A DNA stretch of 64,000 nt, from the NCBI GenBank assembly GCA_964016885.1, contig OZ024758.1:25420001-25484000 (forward strand), in the 5' to 3' direction. Source of the stretch: Eledone cirrhosa (taxonomy: Eukaryota). Below, piece by piece: positions 36,429-50,067 of this stretch. A model generated the notes under the pieces. That model was not told the origin of the DNA and searched no databases. It worked only from the letters and a program-made list of their open reading frames with translations. Positions within the stretch are counted from its first letter, which is position 1, and each line of letters opens with the position of its first letter. Made by a program: the position numbers and the translations under genes.

Positions 36429-36812
36429 ACCCTACCATACCATACAATACCCTACCCTACCCTACCATACCATACCCTACTCTACCATACCCTACCCTAC
36501 CCTACCATACCCTACCCTACCCTACCATACCCTACCATATCATACCCTACTCTACCATACCCTACCCTACCCTATACCCTACCCTACCCTATACCCTACC
36601 CTACCCTACCCTACCATACCCTACCATACCCTACCATACCCTACCCTACCATACCCTACCCTACCATACCATACCCTACCATACCCTACCCTACCCTACC
36701 CTACCCTACCCTACCATACCCTACCATACCCTACCCTACCATACCCTACCCTACCATACCATACCCTACCATACCCTACCCTACCATACCCTACCCTACC
36801 ATCCCCTACCAT
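36428..36812. repeat. (CCCTA/CCATA)n pentanucleotide tract
   Basis: Direct reading; starts immediately after the SINE C end. Confidence 0.96.
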
Positions 36813-37423
36813 ATTATGTAAAAAGAAAAACAAAAATAGTCAGCTACTTTACACTCACTACAGGGATACTAGTTCAAAAGGTAATTGGACTAAATTTATG
36901 ATTTTACTTTGAGTGATATGTCAATTAACCCTTACCATATGTTTTTGACAGTTTGGGAGGGGGGTTTCCCTAATTAGAACATTATTTATTTATTTTATTT
37001 ATTTATTTATTTATTTATTTATCTATTTATTTATTTATTTATTCAATTTAAACGTCCGTATAGAGCTGGTTAGCCACGACAGACTCAAGGAAGTATCGAG
37101 TACTCTTTACAGTTGGTAATCAAAAAAAAGCTAGTGAGACAAGTAATAAAAAAAATAAAACAATGTTTAAATAAAAACTAAGATAAAAATTAAAGAAAAG
37201 GGGGGAAAAAATAAAACAACAAAAATAACACTTCATTAAATCTTATATTCTGGTTTTATGACCAACTGTAAGCAGTCAAATATTTATATTGCTGTCATGG
37301 TAAATCATTTTTTTTTTTTTTTTTTTTTACCAAATAACACTTCTATTCAGTTTTATATCTGTTGTTCTGCCTTAGAAACATAAATAACCAAAACATTTCT
37401 CACAATGTTAACAATAGTATCGC

Positions 37424-37715
37424 ATGACTCATATACTGTTTACTTTCCTGACTCTTCTACACTATTATTCTATGTACTATACATGCACATTTGATGAGTT
37501 GTAGTGCACCTGAGCACTGTACACAATAATTTTCATTCAGTACCGGTAGAATGTCGAACAACATGCTTTGCAACAGACTGTTACAATCCTTTATGTTCTG
37601 TGTTCAAATCACACTGGAGTTAACTTTGCCTTTCATCCTTACGGGGTTGATAAAATAAAGTACCAGTAATACACTGGGGTAATTACAGGCCTTGTGCCAA
37701 AAGTAGGAACAACTA
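37424..37715 (+). mobile_element. CR1 3'UTR fragment followed by SINE A
   Basis: Matches 32022-32135, then the SINE core. Confidence 0.8.
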
Positions 37716-39014
37716 TTATAACTTCTCAAAGGTTTGGCAATATAGTTTATATTACATTTTAAGAATTCCTAAAAAACACTTTTTTCACTAAGCTCATTCA
37801 TTGCTGATTAGGTTGATAAGCTGTTTAGGGAACAAACGATAGAATCTTATATTTTACTTGACTTTCATAACAAACAGGATTAACATAAATTGTTATAAAC
37901 CCTTGATGGGTGCTGAGTTACTAACTCAGCGTAATGTTTTCTGTTTTGTTTATAGCGCTTCCAAGTCCAACAGATTAACAGTCAATGAGAAAAATGAAGT
38001 CTTAAGGAAGAAGGAGGGATTTAACTTGCTTCCATTAACTCACTGTCCTACATTTCACTGGTTTTTCTGAGACAGAATGAAAATGAATGGAAGCTTGAAA
38101 CACTGGTTTTTCTTTTGAAGAACTGAAGAACTAATCCTGTAAGAAAATACTTGAAGTTTAATCTCGCATAACAGGCAGACAATCTTTCTGTAATTTATTG
38201 ACAATAGATCAAGTGAAATCATCATCATCATCTTATTTGTATGTTGTGCTCATAATTTGGCATTAATAATATACTGGTTGGATGGCCTTCCTATCACCAG
38301 CACCACTTTACAGCATCGACTGGGTGCTTTTGAACCACCAGCACTAGAGAGGTTGTCTTGCTGGACTCAGGGGCCATCTCCACTCCATACTTTGACATGG
38401 TTTTTAATGGCTGAAAGTCACTTCCACTACCACCATTGTCTATCTATATTAGTTTTTATAGTTAAAATGTTTATCTATATTATAATTGATGTGAAGGCGC
38501 GTGGCTGAGTGGTTAGAGAATTAGGTTCGCAATCGTGAGGTTGTGAGTTTGATTTCCGGTCTGGGCAATGCGTTATGTCCTTGGACAAGACACTTTATTT
38601 CACGTTCCTCCTTCTACCTGGAGTTGCGGCCAATAGATAGTATTAGCAATTGGAAAGACCAATGGAAACATTGCTTCTTCGATCCGATTTGACAAAAGTC
38701 GATCGACTTTTGATAGTTGAAATTTCTATCTATATTAGTGTTTATAGTTGAATCTCATCTGTAACAAATATTCTCAAATGTGTTTGAAATATCACATATA
38801 TTTGTGATAATGTGGTTGGTGTTAGGAAGGACATCCAGCTGTAAAATACCCAGCCAAATTTACAGTCCTGTCAGTGCAAGGTACAACATGGTCAGACTTG
38901 CCTCCCAGTATGGACGACCCATCTAACCCATGCAAGCATGGTAGAATTGGCGCTAAACAGAAATGATGATTCTCATGGGATAAATTAAAATATCACATAT
39001 ATATTTGTGATATT

Positions 39015-39380
39015 CTCATGGGATTCCTCCAAAAGTAATGTTACTCGATAAAGTGCATAGCTCGGAGATCAGAGAGTCACTCCAGGTAGAGCTGCTACTT
39101 CTCCGAATTGAGAGATCACAGCTCCGATACGATGGGCATGTTGTTAGAATGTCTCGGGAAAGAATCGCTGGACAGATTTTACGGGCGAAACCAACTGATA
39201 GGAGACCCAGGGATAGACTCCGAGCAAGATGGTTTGATAACATTCATGAGCTTGGCTGGTCTCGCTTAGGGATCCAGCCAAATGAATTGGAGATGGTTGC
39301 TTCTGACAGGACCCACTGGAGGAAGTGTTTGAGGACTCTGTCCCAATGACCCTCTCAGGGATAAGTGGGCGAAGAAGAAG
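39015..39380 (+). pseudogene. 3' fragment of a third RTE-type LINE with (GAA)n tail
   Basis: EIRESL..IERSQLRY.GHV.RM...RPR.R...RW.D...R..WR; ends gaagaagaag. Confidence 0.82.
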
Positions 39381-39452
39381 ACATGTATTTGTGATATTCT
39401 TTTCCAAATGGAAATATTAATTACGGGGTCGATAGAATAAAGTACCAGTAAT

Positions 39453-39820
39453 CATCAGCATCATCATCATCACCGTTTTACGTCCGTTCTTCCATGCTAG
39501 CATGGGTTAGACGGGTTGTCCTGTTGTGGGCAGTGTCCGGTCGGCTGACCATGCCTTGCTCATACAGGAACTGATTTGGCTTGATTTCTACAGCTGGATG
39601 CCCTTCCTAACACCAACCTCATTTACAGTGAGTGCTGGGTGCTTTTTCTGTGGCGCCTACATGTCCACTTTACAGTGTGGGCTGGGTGCTTTTTTGCCGT
39701 GGCACCTCGACGACCACCTTGCGGTGGGGGCATATTGTCTATATGCTTCAGCTTGTACCCATGGAAGGTCGGGTACTCTGTATTACTGCGTGACGCCAGA
39801 GGTCACGGTCGTGTGTCATA
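39453..39820 (-). mobile_element. RTE 3' fragment nested in a SINE A
   Basis: Matches 30127-30495. The SINE halves lie at 39421-39451 and 39821-39872. Confidence 0.88.
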
Positions 39821-40011
39821 CAGTAATACACTGGGTAATTGCTGGCCTTGTGCCTAACGTAGAAACAATTATTTAGGTTATTGTTTTATAGTAGGATTAT
39901 TTGTGGTTAATATTTGAATGAATTAGTTGTCAGTAAAGACAACCTCATCATTAGATCAACCATGCTTATTGATTAGAAGTTGATTTATTGAAATATAGTA
40001 TTAGTAAATAT

Positions 40012-40802
40012 TCTTTCTACTTTTGGCACAAGGCCAGCAATTATCCCAGTGCATTACTGGTACTTTATTTTATCGACCCTGTAAGGATGAAAGGCAAAGT
40101 TAACTTCGGTGGGATTTGAACTCCGACCGTAAAGGGTCGTAACTCCATGCTGCAAATCATGGTGTCCGACTCTCTACCGATACCACGAAACCACTGCTCT
40201 AAATATAGTAAATAATTGTTTCTACGTTTGGCACAAGGCCAGCAATTATCCAGTACATTACTGGTACTTTATTTTATTGACCCCGTAAGGATGAAAGGCA
40301 AAGTTAACCTCGGCGGGATTTGAACTCGGATCATAAAGGGACGTTACTCTATGCTTCAAAGCATGGTGTCCGACTCTCTACCGATACTGCCAATCCGGTA
40401 AATAATTGTTTCTACTTTAGGCACAAGGCCAGCAATTACCCAGTTCATTACTGGTACTTTATTTTATCGACCCCATAAGGATGAAAGGCAAAGTCAACCT
40501 CGGCGGGATTTGAACTCAGATCGTAAAGGGACGTAACTATGCTGGAAAGCATGGCATCCGACCCTCTACCGATACTGCCAATCCACCGCCCTCCAGTAAA
40601 TAATTGTTTCTACTTTAGGCACAAGGCCAGCAATTACCCAGTGCATTACTGGTACTTTATTTTATCGACCCCATAAGGATGAAAGGCAAAGTCAACCTCG
40701 GCGGGATTTGAACTCAGATCGTAAAGGGACGTAACTATGCTGGAAAGCATGGCGTCCGACCCTCTACCGATACTGCCAATCCACCGCCCTCCAGTAAATA
40801 AT
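40012..40802 (-). repeat. Four tandem SINE A copies linked by gtaaataat
   Basis: Units start at ~40012, 40215, 40404 and 40602; the last two are near-identical. Confidence 0.92.
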
Positions 40803-40957
40803 ACAGTGAAAATAGGCAGAAATTGTTTTAATATTTAGGATATTCTGTTGTAGAACTTAACAATTATAAGAAAATAGTGCACAAATGGTGACTCATAATG
40901 TGTTAGATTGATGTGGGAGGGTTCACAGAAGACTGCCTTTATCTTATACATCTAGGT

Positions 40958-41126
40958 CAGTGATTCCCAAAGTGGGTTCCGCAAAGGAGTGTCTGGGGTT
41001 TCATGTAAAAAAGGTAGAGGAGTATATTTATATTACGACCATATAACAGTATTTGACTTTGGAGTTCCCCTCAAAGAGCTCTGAACCAAAAAAGATTCCG
41101 CATTTGAAAAAGTTTGGGAAACCCTG
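40958..41126. mobile_element. hAT-superfamily MITE
   Basis: CAGTGATTCCCAAA / TTTGGGAAACCCTG TIRs and exact 8-bp TSD atctaggt. Confidence 0.92.
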
Positions 41127-41851
41127 ATCTAGGTTAACCCTTTCATGACCATATTTCTAAAGAAATACACTCTATTTCAATTAGTTCATGAAAAATTTTG
41201 CGGCATTTACTAAAATTAGCAATTATTTCATTACAGAGAGAGTAACTTAAAGTAGGGTTCTTGTATAAAAATTATGCTGGAAGATTTTAATTAAAATTGG
41301 AAACCTTTTAAATGGGTGATTTTATTTCATAAAATTTGAGCTGGTTTGGGCCAGGTTGGCAACAAAATGATTAAGGAAATTCCAACTTAATCTCCAACTT
41401 AACCAATTATAAGATACTGCCAGCTAATATCAATTATACATTGCTCCAGCTATTCCTGTATTTTTTCAATAATAATTAAATGTGTTATCTATGTATGCTG
41501 TGCAATACTAATGCTAGAATATAAACTATCAATTCATCTGCCCGGCAAGCTATCAACTTAGCCACCTGCACTTTTCTCAAAAAGCCAACTCGTTAGCAGT
41601 AAAAATAACAAGCAAAAACCCTTGACCTTATAAATTACTGTCATGTTTCTCTTCTATACTAAATTTTCATTATTTGAAGAGTTCATTTATTCTGAATAAC
41701 GGCATGACTTAGCATACATCCTGTGGTGTTCAAATGACCTCATTTTATTTAATTAAACTAAGGCAGGTTTCTTACTGTTCAGCATAAAACTTATGTTTCT
41801 AACAGTTTAACTAACTTTCTTCTATAAAAGATAGCATAATCTCTTAATCGC

Positions 41852-42045
41852 TTAACCCCTTAGTATTAAAACCAGCCATATCTGGTCAGAATTCTCTCAC
41901 CTCTTTCTGTTCAAACTGGCCGTAACTGGCTGCTCATACCGTTAAAATATTGTTCTCAAAATATATATCAAAATCTCATAGGTTCACTATTATATAAGAT
42001 AAAGCCTTTACTGTGAAAATACAATAGTAAATATAGAGTAATGTA
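41852..42045 (-). mobile_element. Truncated piggyBac-type MITE
   Basis: One TTAACCC end plus a body match. Confidence 0.8.
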
Positions 42046-42318
42046 AAAAGTGTTTATATCAAAATGTTAGCTGCTTAGAAGTAATTAATTAAAACTTACC
42101 TCATCATCTTTAAGGACAAGAAATTTGACAACAAATATATTAAGATAGTTTTTTATAGACGGATGTTTATATATGTTAGTCAGCTGAAAAATAGTTGAAA
42201 ATAAAACATAGTTTTAGTACTTTTGTGACTTTATGATCTTCCTTATATTTATTACTATTTTCAGCTAGTTTATTTAATACCTTATGTACTGTACGATGCC
42301 GATAAAAGAATTATTTGA

Positions 42319-42840
42319 ATCTATGATGTAACTAGATTACATACCTTGGTAGTGATTTGATATTATTATATATTATCAAGGGCAGTGGATTGGCAGAATC
42401 GGTAGAGCGTCAGACAACATGCTTTACAGCATAATTACAGCCCTTTCAATTCTGAGTTCAAATCCCGCCGAGGTTAACTTGGCCTTTCATACTTACGGGG
42501 TCAATAAAATAAAGCACCAGTAATGGACTGGGGTAATTGCTGGCCTTGTGCTAAAAGTAGAAACAATTATATATGTATTATCAAGGGCGGTTGAATGGCA
42601 GAACAGTAAAGCGTCGAACAACATGCTTAGTGGTATAGAGTTACGCCCCTTTACATTTTGAGTTCAAATCCTGCCGAGGGTATTATAAATATGCATTATA
42701 AATCCCACCGAGGTTAACTTTGCCTTTCATCCTTACGGGGTCAATAAAATAAAGTACCAGTCACGCACTGGGGTCCATTTAATTGACTTTTCCCTTCCCC
42801 CAAAAAATTGCTGGCCTTATGCCTATATAAGAAACTATTA
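42319..42840 (+). mobile_element. SINE A cluster
   Basis: Head and core motifs. Confidence 0.87.
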
Positions 42841-43122
42841 TCATCATCATTTATCCAGTTTCCCTGATAGGAAGGGTTGAACAGGTCTTCACAGACTGAG
42901 TAAGTATTGAAGTGGGACCAGTGACCACCCAGACAGGCTACCCAGTGTATTTTATAGTGGCAACAGCACTAGAAAGGTTGTCATGTCTTTGAAACATGTG
43001 GAGGGTCCAAAGACATATATATATATATATATATATATAGTAATAATAATAAATGTGAAAACTAAAATCCGAAGAGGGCTAAATTAGGATAATATATATA
43101 TAAATATATACTATATTATATT

Positions 43123-43775
43123 TTGAGATTAAACTCTGTCGTTTACAATTAATCAGCTCCAAGAAAGGGGCATTTCCGAGCAGTTAAATACATTAATATA
43201 TATGATAAACACAAAACGTGTTTGCATTGCAACAGACAAAGTTAGCTATCAATGAAATAAACTAATTAAAGTGAATACAATTTGTCTGTCTCAATATAAG
43301 TCAATAAAGACAAGCTTATATTGGCAATAAAGACAAGCTTATATAAAAACTGTAGAGCAAATATTTATTAAAATGACAGATTAAAGTTTAAGTAAAGAAT
43401 CGCTGCTTTCACCCTTCGATTCTTTGCTTAAACTTTAATCTGTTATTATACCTGCAGATAAGCACAGGATATCTGGCTTTCACTTAATAATTCTTGCAAA
43501 ACAGATTTTGGTCTGTCCGGGTATTAAAGGCTATTGCCCGATATAGATTTATTTTTATTGATTTATTATTTTAAATCGAGACAGGCAAACCATATTGTTT
43601 TAAATTAGTATTTTTTCAACATAGCTAACTTGGTCATTTGCAATTAGAACACATGTATAGTTATATCTGTGTTCATCCCTCACATATATTCATTTGTATT
43701 ACACGGCTCGGAAAGATTCCCTTCTTTGAGCTCTTTAATTGTAAAGGACTATTTTGAGTTTATAACTCAATCTAG
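43123..43775. mobile_element. Old inverted-arm element between (TA)n tracts (possible PLE remnant)
   Basis: 43123-43250 is a diverged inverse of 43620-43770. Internal hairpin at 43373-43446; homologous to 11800-12090. Confidence 0.55.
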
Positions 43776-43796
43776 GATATATATATATATATATAT

Positions 43797-44224
43797 ATAA
43801 AATATTAAAAAAATAATGAATAAAACAATGAAACAGTTCCTTATATTAAACAAAAAAAGTTCATTATTTAACGATCGTTTCTAGGATATATATGTGTTAG
43901 AATTGGCATGCATATTCAACAGATCTATGTACAAAATTATACAAAATTATACAAACTATCAAAATTAAATATACATACCAAACACATATATATGCCGTCT
44001 TCAGAAATAATTATTTCTGAAGACGGCATATATATGTGTTTGGTATGTATATTTAATTTTGATAGTTTGTATAATTTTGTATAATTTTGTACATAGATCT
44101 GTTGAATATGCATGCCAATTCTAACACATATATATCCTAGAAACGATCGTTAAATAATGAACTTTTTTTGTTTAATATAAGGAACTGTTTCATTGTTTTA
44201 TTCATTATTTTTTTAATATTTTAT
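43797..44224. repeat. Perfect 428-bp palindrome (214-bp arms, no spacer) in (TA)n
   Basis: Centre aaataa|ttattt at 44010/44011; the arms are complementary out to ataaaatatt / aatattttat. Confidence 0.97.
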
Positions 44225-44355
44225 CTTGACTCTGTATTCCGTTTATCTTTCACCGAAAGTGATTTTTCATTGCATCTCTTCTTTCCATGATATCCGGATT
44301 ACATTGAGTTCTTCATACGGATTGGACACTACCGTAAACTCTTGGTAGATTTATC

Positions 44356-44424
<69 letters not shown>

Positions 44425-44617
44425 ACGATATTAAATAAATGGAAACTATATTTATAAAACCATATTTATTCTATTATAGGGTACAAGGGTACCAAAACTT
44501 TGGTACGCTCTCATCAGATAAAATACAAAGTTTGTTTTATAAATATTGAATATCCAGGAAGATCTTAACGGTTCAAGTTTTTCCTTGAATTACCAACAAA
44601 TTAAATATTCCTTTTTG

Positions 44618-44659
<42 letters not shown>

Positions 44660-44689
44660 CTCAGCCGGATGACTGAAACAGGTAACAGA

Positions 44690-44737
<48 letters not shown>

Positions 44738-44863
44738 CACACACAAAATTACTTCAGCGCACATAAACAGTACACACATTCAAACTTACATTCACTCACA
44801 CTACCACGTACACATGGATATACACCTACACTCACTATCTGTGTTACTTTACACATTTTACCT

Positions 44864-45501
44864 TTAACCCTTTCATTTTCAAACCACCCAAAACTGGCCA
44901 AAATTCTCTACCTCTTTCTGTTCAAGCTGGCTGTAACTGGTCACTCAAACTGATATTAAGGTATTGTTCTCAAAATAAATACTTTCAAAATCTCATAGAT
45001 TCGATATTCATCATCACCGTTTTACGTCCGTTCTTCCACGCTAGCATGGATTAGACGGGTATGTGAGATAATTATGTGAGGTAAACCCTTTACCATGAAA
45101 ATAAAATAGTATATATAGAGTAATGTGAATGTTATGTGAGATATTATGTGAGATAAAGCCTTTACCATGAAAATACAATAGTATATATAGAGTAATGTGA
45201 ATGTTATGTGAGATATTATGTGAGGTAAAGCCTTTACCATGAAAATATAATAGTATATATAGAGTAATGTGAATGTTGTGAGATATTATGTGAGATAAAG
45301 CCTTTACCATGAAAATACAATAGTATATATAGAGTAATGTAAATGTTATGTGAGATATTATGTGAGATAAAGCCTTTACCATGAAAATACAATAGTATAT
45401 ATAGAGTAATGTAAATGTTATGTGAGATATTATGTGAGGTAAAGCCTTCACCATGAAAATACGATAGTATATATAGAGTAATGTGAATGCTAGAGGGTTA
45501 A
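44864..45501 (-). mobile_element. piggyBac-type MITE with ~73-bp tandem expansion and RTE-tail insert (45009-45060)
   Basis: TTAA ends and a repeated atgtgagatattatgtgag(a/g)taaagcc unit. Confidence 0.9.
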
Positions 45502-45539
45502 ATCACACACATTTAAACTTACACTCACACATATAACAA

Positions 45540-45820
45540 CACTAATACACACACACTCCACTTTGCGTTCCCACTCGTTACCAAGACTATCTAACAGCTT
45601 TTTTTGTTTTCCCTTCTCATTTTTGTTTTTTTGTGTCTTCACTGGATATTCTCTCTGTTTCTCCATTGTGACCCTGTCTCTATCTGTCTCTATCTGTCTC
45701 TATCTGTACTCCCAATGAAGGGCTTAAGCCCGACACATCGTACTTTCTTTCCTCTTTCTCATATAAAGTATGAAACTAATATGACTTTTGGTACTTCTGT
45801 TTGTCGTCTCCTTGAACTAT
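45540..45820 (+). mobile_element. Probable PLE pseudo-LTR remnant with decayed hammerhead (45712-45743)
   Basis: ccaatgaa gggc ttaa gccc gacac resembles CTGATGA-stem II-GAAAC. T-rich body that ends in (TA)n. Confidence 0.5.
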
Positions 45821-45825
45821 ATATA

Positions 45826-47113
45826 TCATCATCATCATCATCATCGTTTAACGTCCATATTCCACGCTTGCATGGGTTTGGACGGGAGTTTTCCCACTTG
45901 AGGCAAGAGTGGTATATATATATATATATATATATATATCCCCACACCCTCCCACTGCAAAGTGGTCGTGGAGGTGCTACGGCAAAAAAGCACCCAGTCC
46001 ACACTGTAAAGTGGACATGTAGGCGCCATGGCAAAAAAGCACCCAGCCCACACTGTAAAGTGGACATGTAGGTGCCATGGCAAAAAAGCACCCAGCCCAC
46101 ACTGTAAAGTGGATGTGTAGGCGCCACAGAAAAAAGCACCCAGTCCACACTGTAAAGTGGATGTGTAGGCGCCACAGAAAAAAGCACCCAGCACTCACTG
46201 TAAATGAGGTTGGTGTTAGGAAGGGCATCCAGCTGTAGAAATCAAGCCAAATCAGTTCCCGTATGAGCAAGGCATGGTCAGCCAACCGGACACTGCCCAC
46301 AACAGGACAACCCGTCTAACCCATGCTAGCGTGGAAGAACGGACATAAAACGGTGATGATGGTGATGATGATGATGATATATATAATTGAAATAGAAGCT
46401 TTGCCATAACATTGACTAAATAATATAGTCTCAAAATGAGACATGTAAAGCCACTGAAAGGAAAAAGATGCGTATCAGCACAATATGTGTGTATGTATTT
46501 ATGTATATATATGTGTGTGTATGTATGTACACACACAGATACAGTAGGATCAAAGAGGTGGACTATATTGCAAAGAAGGAAAAAAGAAAGGTCTTCACTC
46601 ACAAGTGAAATTTAGTGCTTCGTATGAAGTTCAAGAACATTCTATGTGGGTGGTATGGCATGAAGCCAAGAGAAAGATGCAATGTGAAGGTTTCTGTCAT
46701 AATAGTGCAGTTAGTAGGTTTTACTAAGCAGATAATATGACAATAACATTGCAAAAGTAAATAAATATCTTTGCTTTACCAATAGATCTAATTTTTTAGA
46801 ATTAATATTGATATTAGACAGTATGCCCCCACCCCCACCCACTGTAAAGTGGTCGTGTAGGCGCTATGACAAAAAAGCACCCAGTCCACACTGTAAAGTG
46901 GTCATGTAGGTGCCACGGTAAAAAAGTACCCAGCACTCACTGTAAATGAGGTTGGTGTTAGGAAGGGCATCCAGCTGTAGAAATCAAGCCAATATCAGTT
47001 CCCGTATAAGCAAGACAAGGTCACCCGACCTAGCACTGCCCACAACAGGACAACCCGTCTAACCCATGCTAGCGTGGAAGAATGGACGTCAAACGGTGGT
47101 GATGATGATGATG
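45826..47113. mobile_element. RTE 3'UTR fragments (45826-45912 -, 45939-46378 +, 46826-47113 +) with 48/49-bp motif amplification
   Basis: Match to the 30127-30410 and 20945-21040 3'UTRs. Confidence 0.87.
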
Positions 47114-47279
47114 ATTGATGGTAGTCATCTTGCTTTTACAATTCCAAAATGCCCCGATCTTCTTGGAATCACAGAAAACTGAAAAAGCCCCACTTTAAAG
47201 CTTTTGTTACCAATCTAGCCATAACCGGTTATCACAAAAAATTGTTGGCCTTGTACTTAAATCAGAAACCATTATGAGA

Positions 47280-47785
47280 GCGCTGGATGGCAGAATCGGT
47301 AGAGTGCCGGACACCATGCTTTGTGGCATAGAGTTATGGCCCTCTACATTCTGAGTTTAAATCTCGATGAGATTAGTTTTTCCATTCATCCTTACAGGGT
47401 CGATAAATAAAGTACCAGTAATGCACTGGTGTCGATAAATAAAGTACGAGTAATGCACTGGGGTCGATAAATAAAGTACCAGTAATGCACTGGGTCGATT
47501 ATATCGACTATCCCATTCCCTTCCAATTGCTGGCCTTGTGCCTATATAAGAAACAATTATTATTATTATTATTATTATTGGAGTTGAAAGGGCAGTGGAT
47601 TGGCCATATCGGTAGAAGGTCGGACGCCATGCTTTGCAGCATAGAGTTACGGCCCTTTATGGTCTGAGTTCAAACCCCGTCGAGGTTAACTTTGCCTTTC
47701 ATCCTTACGGGGTCGATAAAATAAAGTACCAGTAATGCACTGGGATAATTGCTGGCCTTGTGCCTAAAGTAGAAACAATTATTAT
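47280..47785 (+). mobile_element. Two SINE A copies (the first with a triplicated core segment)
   Basis: gtcgataaataaagtaccagtaatgcactgg occurs three times. Confidence 0.88.
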
Positions 47786-48832
47786 TGGAGTTGAGGGTGG
47801 AGAATATTTTTGTCAGGACAGAATGTAATGTAGTAAGAAATATGAAATGCTGTTAGTTTGGTTAACTGCAATTATTCAGCTAATAATATATATATATTAA
47901 TTACAATTCTCCAGCTAATAATATATATATATTAACTGCAATTCTTCAGCAGATAATATATATATATTAATTACAATTCTTTAGCTAATAATATATATAT
48001 ATTAATTACAATTCTCCAGCTAATAATATATATATATTAATTACAATTCTCCAGCTAATAATATATATATATTAATTACAATTCTCCAGCTAATAATATA
48101 TATATATTAATTACAATTCTTCAGCTAATAATATATATATATATTAATTACAATTCTCCAGCTAATAATATATATATATTAATTACAATTTTTCAGCTAA
48201 TAATATATATATATTAATTACAATTCTCCAGCTAATAATATATATATATTAATTACAATTCTCCAGCTAATAATATATATATATTAATTACAATTCTTCA
48301 GCTAATAATATATATATATTAATTACAATTCTTCAGCACATAATATATATATATTAATTGCAATTCTTCAGCTAATAATATATATATATTAATTACAATT
48401 CTTCAGCTAATAATATATATATATTAATTACAATTCTCCAGCTAATAATATATATATATTAATTACAATTCTTCAGCTAATAATATATATATATTAATTA
48501 CAATTCTTCAGCTAATAATATATATATATTAATTACAATTCTCCAGCTAATAATATATATATATTAATTGCAATTCTTCAGCTAATAATATATATATATT
48601 AATTACAATTCTTCAGCTAATAATATATATATATTAATTACAATTCTCCAGCTAATAATATATATATATTAATTACAATTCTTCAGCTAATAATATATAT
48701 ATATTAATTACAATTCTTCAGCTAATAATATATATATATTAATTACAATTCTCCAGCTAATAATATATATATATTAACTGCAATTCTTCAGCTAATAATA
48801 TATATATATTAATTACAATTCTTCAGCTGATA

Positions 48833-49016
48833 CAGTAGATTGGCAGTATCGGTGGAGGGTCGGACGCCATGCTTTCAAACATAGTTACGTCCCTTTACGA
48901 TCTGAGTTCAAATCTCGCCGAGGTTGGCTTTGCCTTTCATCCTTACGGGGTCGATAAAATAAAGTACCAGTAATGCACTGGGTAATTGCTGGCCTTGTGC
49001 CTAAAGTAGAAACAAT
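48833..49016 (+). mobile_element. SINE A inserted in the satellite
   Basis: Full head-core-tail. Confidence 0.92.
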
Positions 49017-50067
49017 TAATTACAATTCTCCAGCTAATAATATATATATATTAATTACAATTCTCCAGCTAATAATATATATATATTAATTACAATTGTT
49101 CAGCTAATAATATATATATATTAATTGCAATTCTTCAGTACATAATATATATATATTAATTACGATTCTTCAGCACATAATATATATATATTAATTGCAA
49201 TTCTCCAGCTAATAATATATATATATTAATTACAATTCTCCAGCTGATAATATATATATATTAATTGCAATTCTTCAGCTGATAATATATATATATTAAT
49301 TGCAATTCTTCAGCTGATAATATATATATATTAATTACAATTCTCCAGCTAATAATATATATATATTAATTACAATTCTCCAGCTAATAATATATATATA
49401 TTAACTGCAATTCTTCAGCAGATAATATATATATATTAATTACAATTCTTCAGCTGATAATATATATATATTAATTGCAATTCTTCAGCTGATAATATAT
49501 ATATATTAATTGCAATTCTCCAGCTAATAATATATATATATTAATTACAATTCTCCAGCTGATAATATATATATATTAATTGCAATTCTTCAGCTGATAA
49601 TATATATATATTAATTGCAATTCTTCAGCTAATAATATATATATATTAATTGCAATTCTTCAGCTGATAATATATATATATTAATTGCAATTCTCCAGCT
49701 AATAATATATATATATTAATTACAATTCTTCAGCTGATAATATATATATATTAATTGCAATTCTCCATCTGATAATATATATATATATTAATTACAATTC
49801 TTCAGCAGATAATATATATATATTAATTGCAATTCTTTTAGCTAATAATATATATATATTAATTACAATTCTCCAGCTAATAATATATATATATTAATTA
49901 CAATTCTCCAGCTAATAATATATATATATTAATTACAATTCTCCAGCTGATAATATATATATATTAATTGCAATTCTTCAGCTGATAATATATATATATT
50001 AATTGCAATTCTTCAGCAGATAATATATATATATTAATTGCAATTCTTCGGCAGATAATATATATAT

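Noticed and set aside
36353-36912. Extensin-like PYPTL ORFs / interstitial telomere
   Set aside because: Pentanucleotide microsatellite, not TTAGGG.
37957-38070. Candidate next exon after a tttatAG acceptor
   Set aside because: The open phase does not match the phase-1 end of the 31114 exon, and there is no clear donor.
44476-44520. CTGATGA plus hairpin on the minus strand
   Set aside because: No GAAA/UH core follows, so it cannot be called a hammerhead.
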